IMG/VR virus record: IMGVR_UViG_3300025133_005514 | Coordinates: 9,075-73,074 of that record | DNA length: 64,000 bases | Strand: one strand, 5' to 3' | Source: a virus | Shown here: positions 61,665-64,000 of the stretch, in pieces | Numbering within the stretch: position 1 is the stretch's first letter | How the letters are laid out: each line of letters opens with the position of its first letter | Made by a program: the position numbers and the translations under genes | Notes under the pieces: model-generated | The model's input: the letters and a program-made list of their open reading frames with translations, nothing else | The model's database searches: none | What the model was told of the DNA's origin: nothing

Positions 61665-62756
61665 GTGTCCGCACCCTACTCAACCACCCTCTCGGACTAC
61701 ACCAAGGCTTTCACGCTGGCGTGGCAGGACTCTTGGGGCGACCTCACTTGGCTGATCCTCGATCAGTCCCCGCTGCTGCACTACTGGTACAGCACCGGCG
61801 CCATCCACATGTCGGCCGCTCGCGCTGCGGAGCTCCCCTTCGCGCACGACGAGTCGCCCAACGTCCAGACCTACTCGGGTACCGAGGTGCTCAACAGCGC
61901 CGACTCCGAGTTCGTCAAGCCGTTCATCTACGACCAGTGGGGCCAGGTGTCCTGCCAGTCGGTCGTTCCCACCGACAAGGTGGACCTGAACGCCGATGCG
62001 ACGACGCAGATCGCGAACATGCTGGATGTTGAAGTCCAGCAGTGCGCCATCACGATGCGGAACTTCATCGAGACGCAGCTCCACTCGGCGCGTGTCGCGA
62101 GCACCGACATCGACGGCATCCGTGGTGCGCTCGAGTTCGCCACGCCGGCGGCTCAGGCTGCGACGGCGACGAGCGTCGGCAACGTCGCGAAGAACGCCGA
62201 CTACCACTTCAACCAGTACGGGCAGATCCCCGGCGGCTTCATGGCTAACGGCATCCCTGCCTGGACGACGCTGTACCGACAGTGCTCGCGCTGGGGCAGC
62301 CGTCCCGACTTCATGCCCGTGGACGAGGACGTCTACGACGGGTACGAGGAGTGGTGCGGTCCCGAGCGGGCCCTCATCGACGAGGCGATGGGCAGCGCCG
62401 GCTTCGACAACCTGCGCTTCAAGGGCGCTCGGGTCGTGCCGGACTACAACATCACCGCCAACTCGGGCGAGGGCTTCATGCTCAACCTCGCCAAGAAGGC
62501 TCCGTCGAGCGAGTCGGGACACGGGTTCAAGCCCGAGTTCCTCGACCCGGTCAAGGGCAAGTCGGTCGGTCGCACGAGCACCGGCAAGACGAACCTCTGG
62601 ATCAACAAGAACGCCCACTTCTACATGGACGAGTGGCGCATGCCGCCGGACCAGTGGGCCCTCATGTCCAAGTGCAAGTTCCACGCGATCATCGCCTGGA
62701 CCGACCTTCGGGAGCACGGAACCTTCGACTTCGCCGCTGGCAACTACGTCGCCTAG
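61665..62756 (+). CDS. Major capsid protein (phage B)
   Basis: Same family as 34595-35668 ('SPLLHYW', 'CSRWGSRPDF', 'GFDNLRFKGARVVPDY') but diverged. AGGAG RBS. Confidence 0.9.
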   Translation: MSAPYSTTLSDYTKAFTLAWQDSWGDLTWLILDQSPLLHYWYSTGAIHMSAARAAELPFAHDESPNVQTYSGTEVLNSADSEFVKPFIYDQWGQVSCQSVVPTDKVDLNADATTQIANMLDVEVQQCAITMRNFIETQLHSARVASTDIDGIRGALEFATPAAQAATATSVGNVAKNADYHFNQYGQIPGGFMANGIPAWTTLYRQCSRWGSRPDFMPVDEDVYDGYEEWCGPERALIDEAMGSAGFDNLRFKGARVVPDYNITANSGEGFMLNLAKKAPSSESGHGFKPEFLDPVKGKSVGRTSTGKTNLWINKNAHFYMDEWRMPPDQWALMSKCKFHAIIAWTDLREHGTFDFAAGNYVA

Positions 62757-62780
62757 TAGGCGAGAACTGGAGACAAGAAC

Positions 62781-63284
62781 ATGAGTATCGGAGTTGGAAA
62801 CCCTCGCACGATGCAGGTTCGGAACCAGGTCGTGGGCGCTTCGGCGAACCTCGACGTGGCTCTGGGCGACGTCGTTGCCTTCGACGCCACGATGGACTCT
62901 CACCGCGTTCCCGACGTGGACGATGTGCAGAACCTCACCGCCGACACCTCCTGGGAGATCGGCGTCGTCACGGCGGCGCAGGGCATCCCCTTCGGTGGCT
63001 ACGGTCCCGTCGCGACTGGTGGGATCATCCCCGCTGTTGTGGCACAGGACAGCTCGGACGCTGTCGCGGTGGGCGATCTGCTCGCTGTGGACACGACCAC
63101 GGACGTGCTGCGCTTCATCAAGGCGACGCTCGCCACGGACGGCGTGGTCGATGTGACCGACCTCACGGAGACGGCGCACTACATGTTGGACATCCGAGCT
63201 CGGGCGATGGAGGCCGGGACCACTGGTTCCGGTGAGGAGACGCTCGACGTGAAGATCATCAACAACCCCGTCAACTTCGGTTGA
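62781..63284 (+). CDS. Capsid decoration/cement protein (phage B)
   Basis: 'GDVVAFD..IGVV..VAVGDLL', after MCP. Confidence 0.7.
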   Translation: MSIGVGNPRTMQVRNQVVGASANLDVALGDVVAFDATMDSHRVPDVDDVQNLTADTSWEIGVVTAAQGIPFGGYGPVATGGIIPAVVAQDSSDAVAVGDLLAVDTTTDVLRFIKATLATDGVVDVTDLTETAHYMLDIRARAMEAGTTGSGEETLDVKIINNPVNFG

Positions 63285-63291
63285 TGACCAA

Positions 63292-63327
63292 CCGGCACCC
63301 CCTCGGAATCTTCCGGGGGGACGCCGG
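63292..63327 (+). terminator. Stem-loop after capsid genes (phage B)
   Basis: CCGGC-ACCCCCTCGGAA/TTCCGGGGGG-AC-GCCGG. Confidence 0.5.
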
Positions 63328-63370
63328 GGCCGGTCCTCGCAAGAGCCCCTGCCCCAAGGAGAAGTAGAAG

Positions 63371-63907
63371 ATGGCCAGCACCTCCCCCCAGGCGGGACTC
63401 CGCCACAAGAGCATCTGGGACGCACAGCGTCACGGTCAGCAGGTTCGCGGCACGGGGCTCGTCCCGATGGCGTCCGTGAGCTTCACCGGTCCCGACACCA
63501 CGTCCGACGACGCGGACGAGTACCTGTTCGCAGCCAGCACCTTCGCCCTCTGCGGCGAGTGGCAGCCGGTCCTGTGTCAGGTCGTGTGCAGCGACACCTT
63601 CGCCACCGACGTGGCCGGCGCCGTCATCGACGTGCGGAACATCGGCACGGACGGTACGGGCACCACGAACCTGTCGGCCTCCGGGTTCAGCAACGTGTCC
63701 AGTGCCATCACGGCGGACACGGTGTTCAACGTGCCCATCGAAGGTCCCGGCAACGCGACGCCCACCGCCGTGTTCGTGGACGAGAACGAGGTGCTGGTGT
63801 TGCACTTCGAGCAGACGGGCGCCGGCGTGGACTACAGCGGCGCCATCTTCCACGTCACGCTCTACGGCATCCAGTCTCCCCCGTCCCGGTCTGCCTTCCA
63901 GCAGTAG
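63371..63907 (+). CDS. Small beta-sandwich virion protein (phage B)
   Basis: AAGGAG RBS. Syntenic with 36308-36730. Confidence 0.65.
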   Translation: MASTSPQAGLRHKSIWDAQRHGQQVRGTGLVPMASVSFTGPDTTSDDADEYLFAASTFALCGEWQPVLCQVVCSDTFATDVAGAVIDVRNIGTDGTGTTNLSASGFSNVSSAITADTVFNVPIEGPGNATPTAVFVDENEVLVLHFEQTGAGVDYSGAIFHVTLYGIQSPPSRSAFQQ

Positions 63908-63929
63908 CCCAACCTGAGAGGAGGGCCCT

Positions 63930-64000
63930 ATGGACCTCGCAACGCTCAGGGCTCGCCTCGGTAGGCGCGTGGGTTTCGACGGCAACACAGCTCGGCTCGA
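63930..64000 (+). CDS. Start of probable head-tail adaptor (phage B), truncated
   Basis: GGAGG RBS. MDLATLRARLGRRVG parallels MIRSEIRTALQRRR at 36844. Confidence 0.55.
   Translation, partial: MDLATLRARLGRRVGFDGNTARL

Noticed and set aside
34595-62756. A single phage encoding two capsid systems
   Set aside because: The second portal/scaffold/MCP set lies entirely outside the repeat-bounded unit and has different hexamer usage. Two genomes is the simpler explanation.
1-64000. tRNA, tmRNA, rRNA genes, CRISPR arrays, DNA polymerase, integrase
   Set aside because: No cloverleaf/T-arm contexts, repeat-spacer periodicity or catalytic motifs were seen by eye.

Overview
High-GC (roughly 65% by eye), densely coding tailed-phage DNA with no host housekeeping genes. 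The window reads as two different podovirus-like genomes joined. An apparently complete ~58.2-kb genome ('phage A', 1087-59304) is bounded by a 669-bp near-identical direct repeat (1087-1755 / 59305-59973) and sits in the middle of the head operon of a second phage ('phage B': portal C-terminus 1-943; zinc-ribbon protein, scaffold, major capsid, decoration and adaptor start 59992-64000). Phage A's early and replication genes are acidic early proteins (one Ocr-like), a MoxR-type AAA+/vWA pair, RuvC, RecT, Cas4-like and DEDDh exonucleases, two NUMOD4-HNH endonucleases, two DNA methyltransferases, a replication initiator and a primase-helicase. Its late genes are TerL, an inverted portal, scaffold, capsid, podoviral adaptor and nozzle, ejection proteins including a 3490-aa polyvalent protein, a stand-alone receiver domain and a lysis cassette. 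The cassette becomes contiguous only if A is circularised through the repeat. No integrase, DNA polymerase, tRNA or CRISPR array was seen. The leading candidates for novelty are a ~365-nt highly structured non-coding region at 7921-8285 with a symmetric 184-nt rod (6S-like hypothesis), the phage-in-phage junction (cointegrate or assembly chimera), and a structured leader upstream of the replication initiator. All calls come from reading motifs by eye; no searches or folding programs were run.
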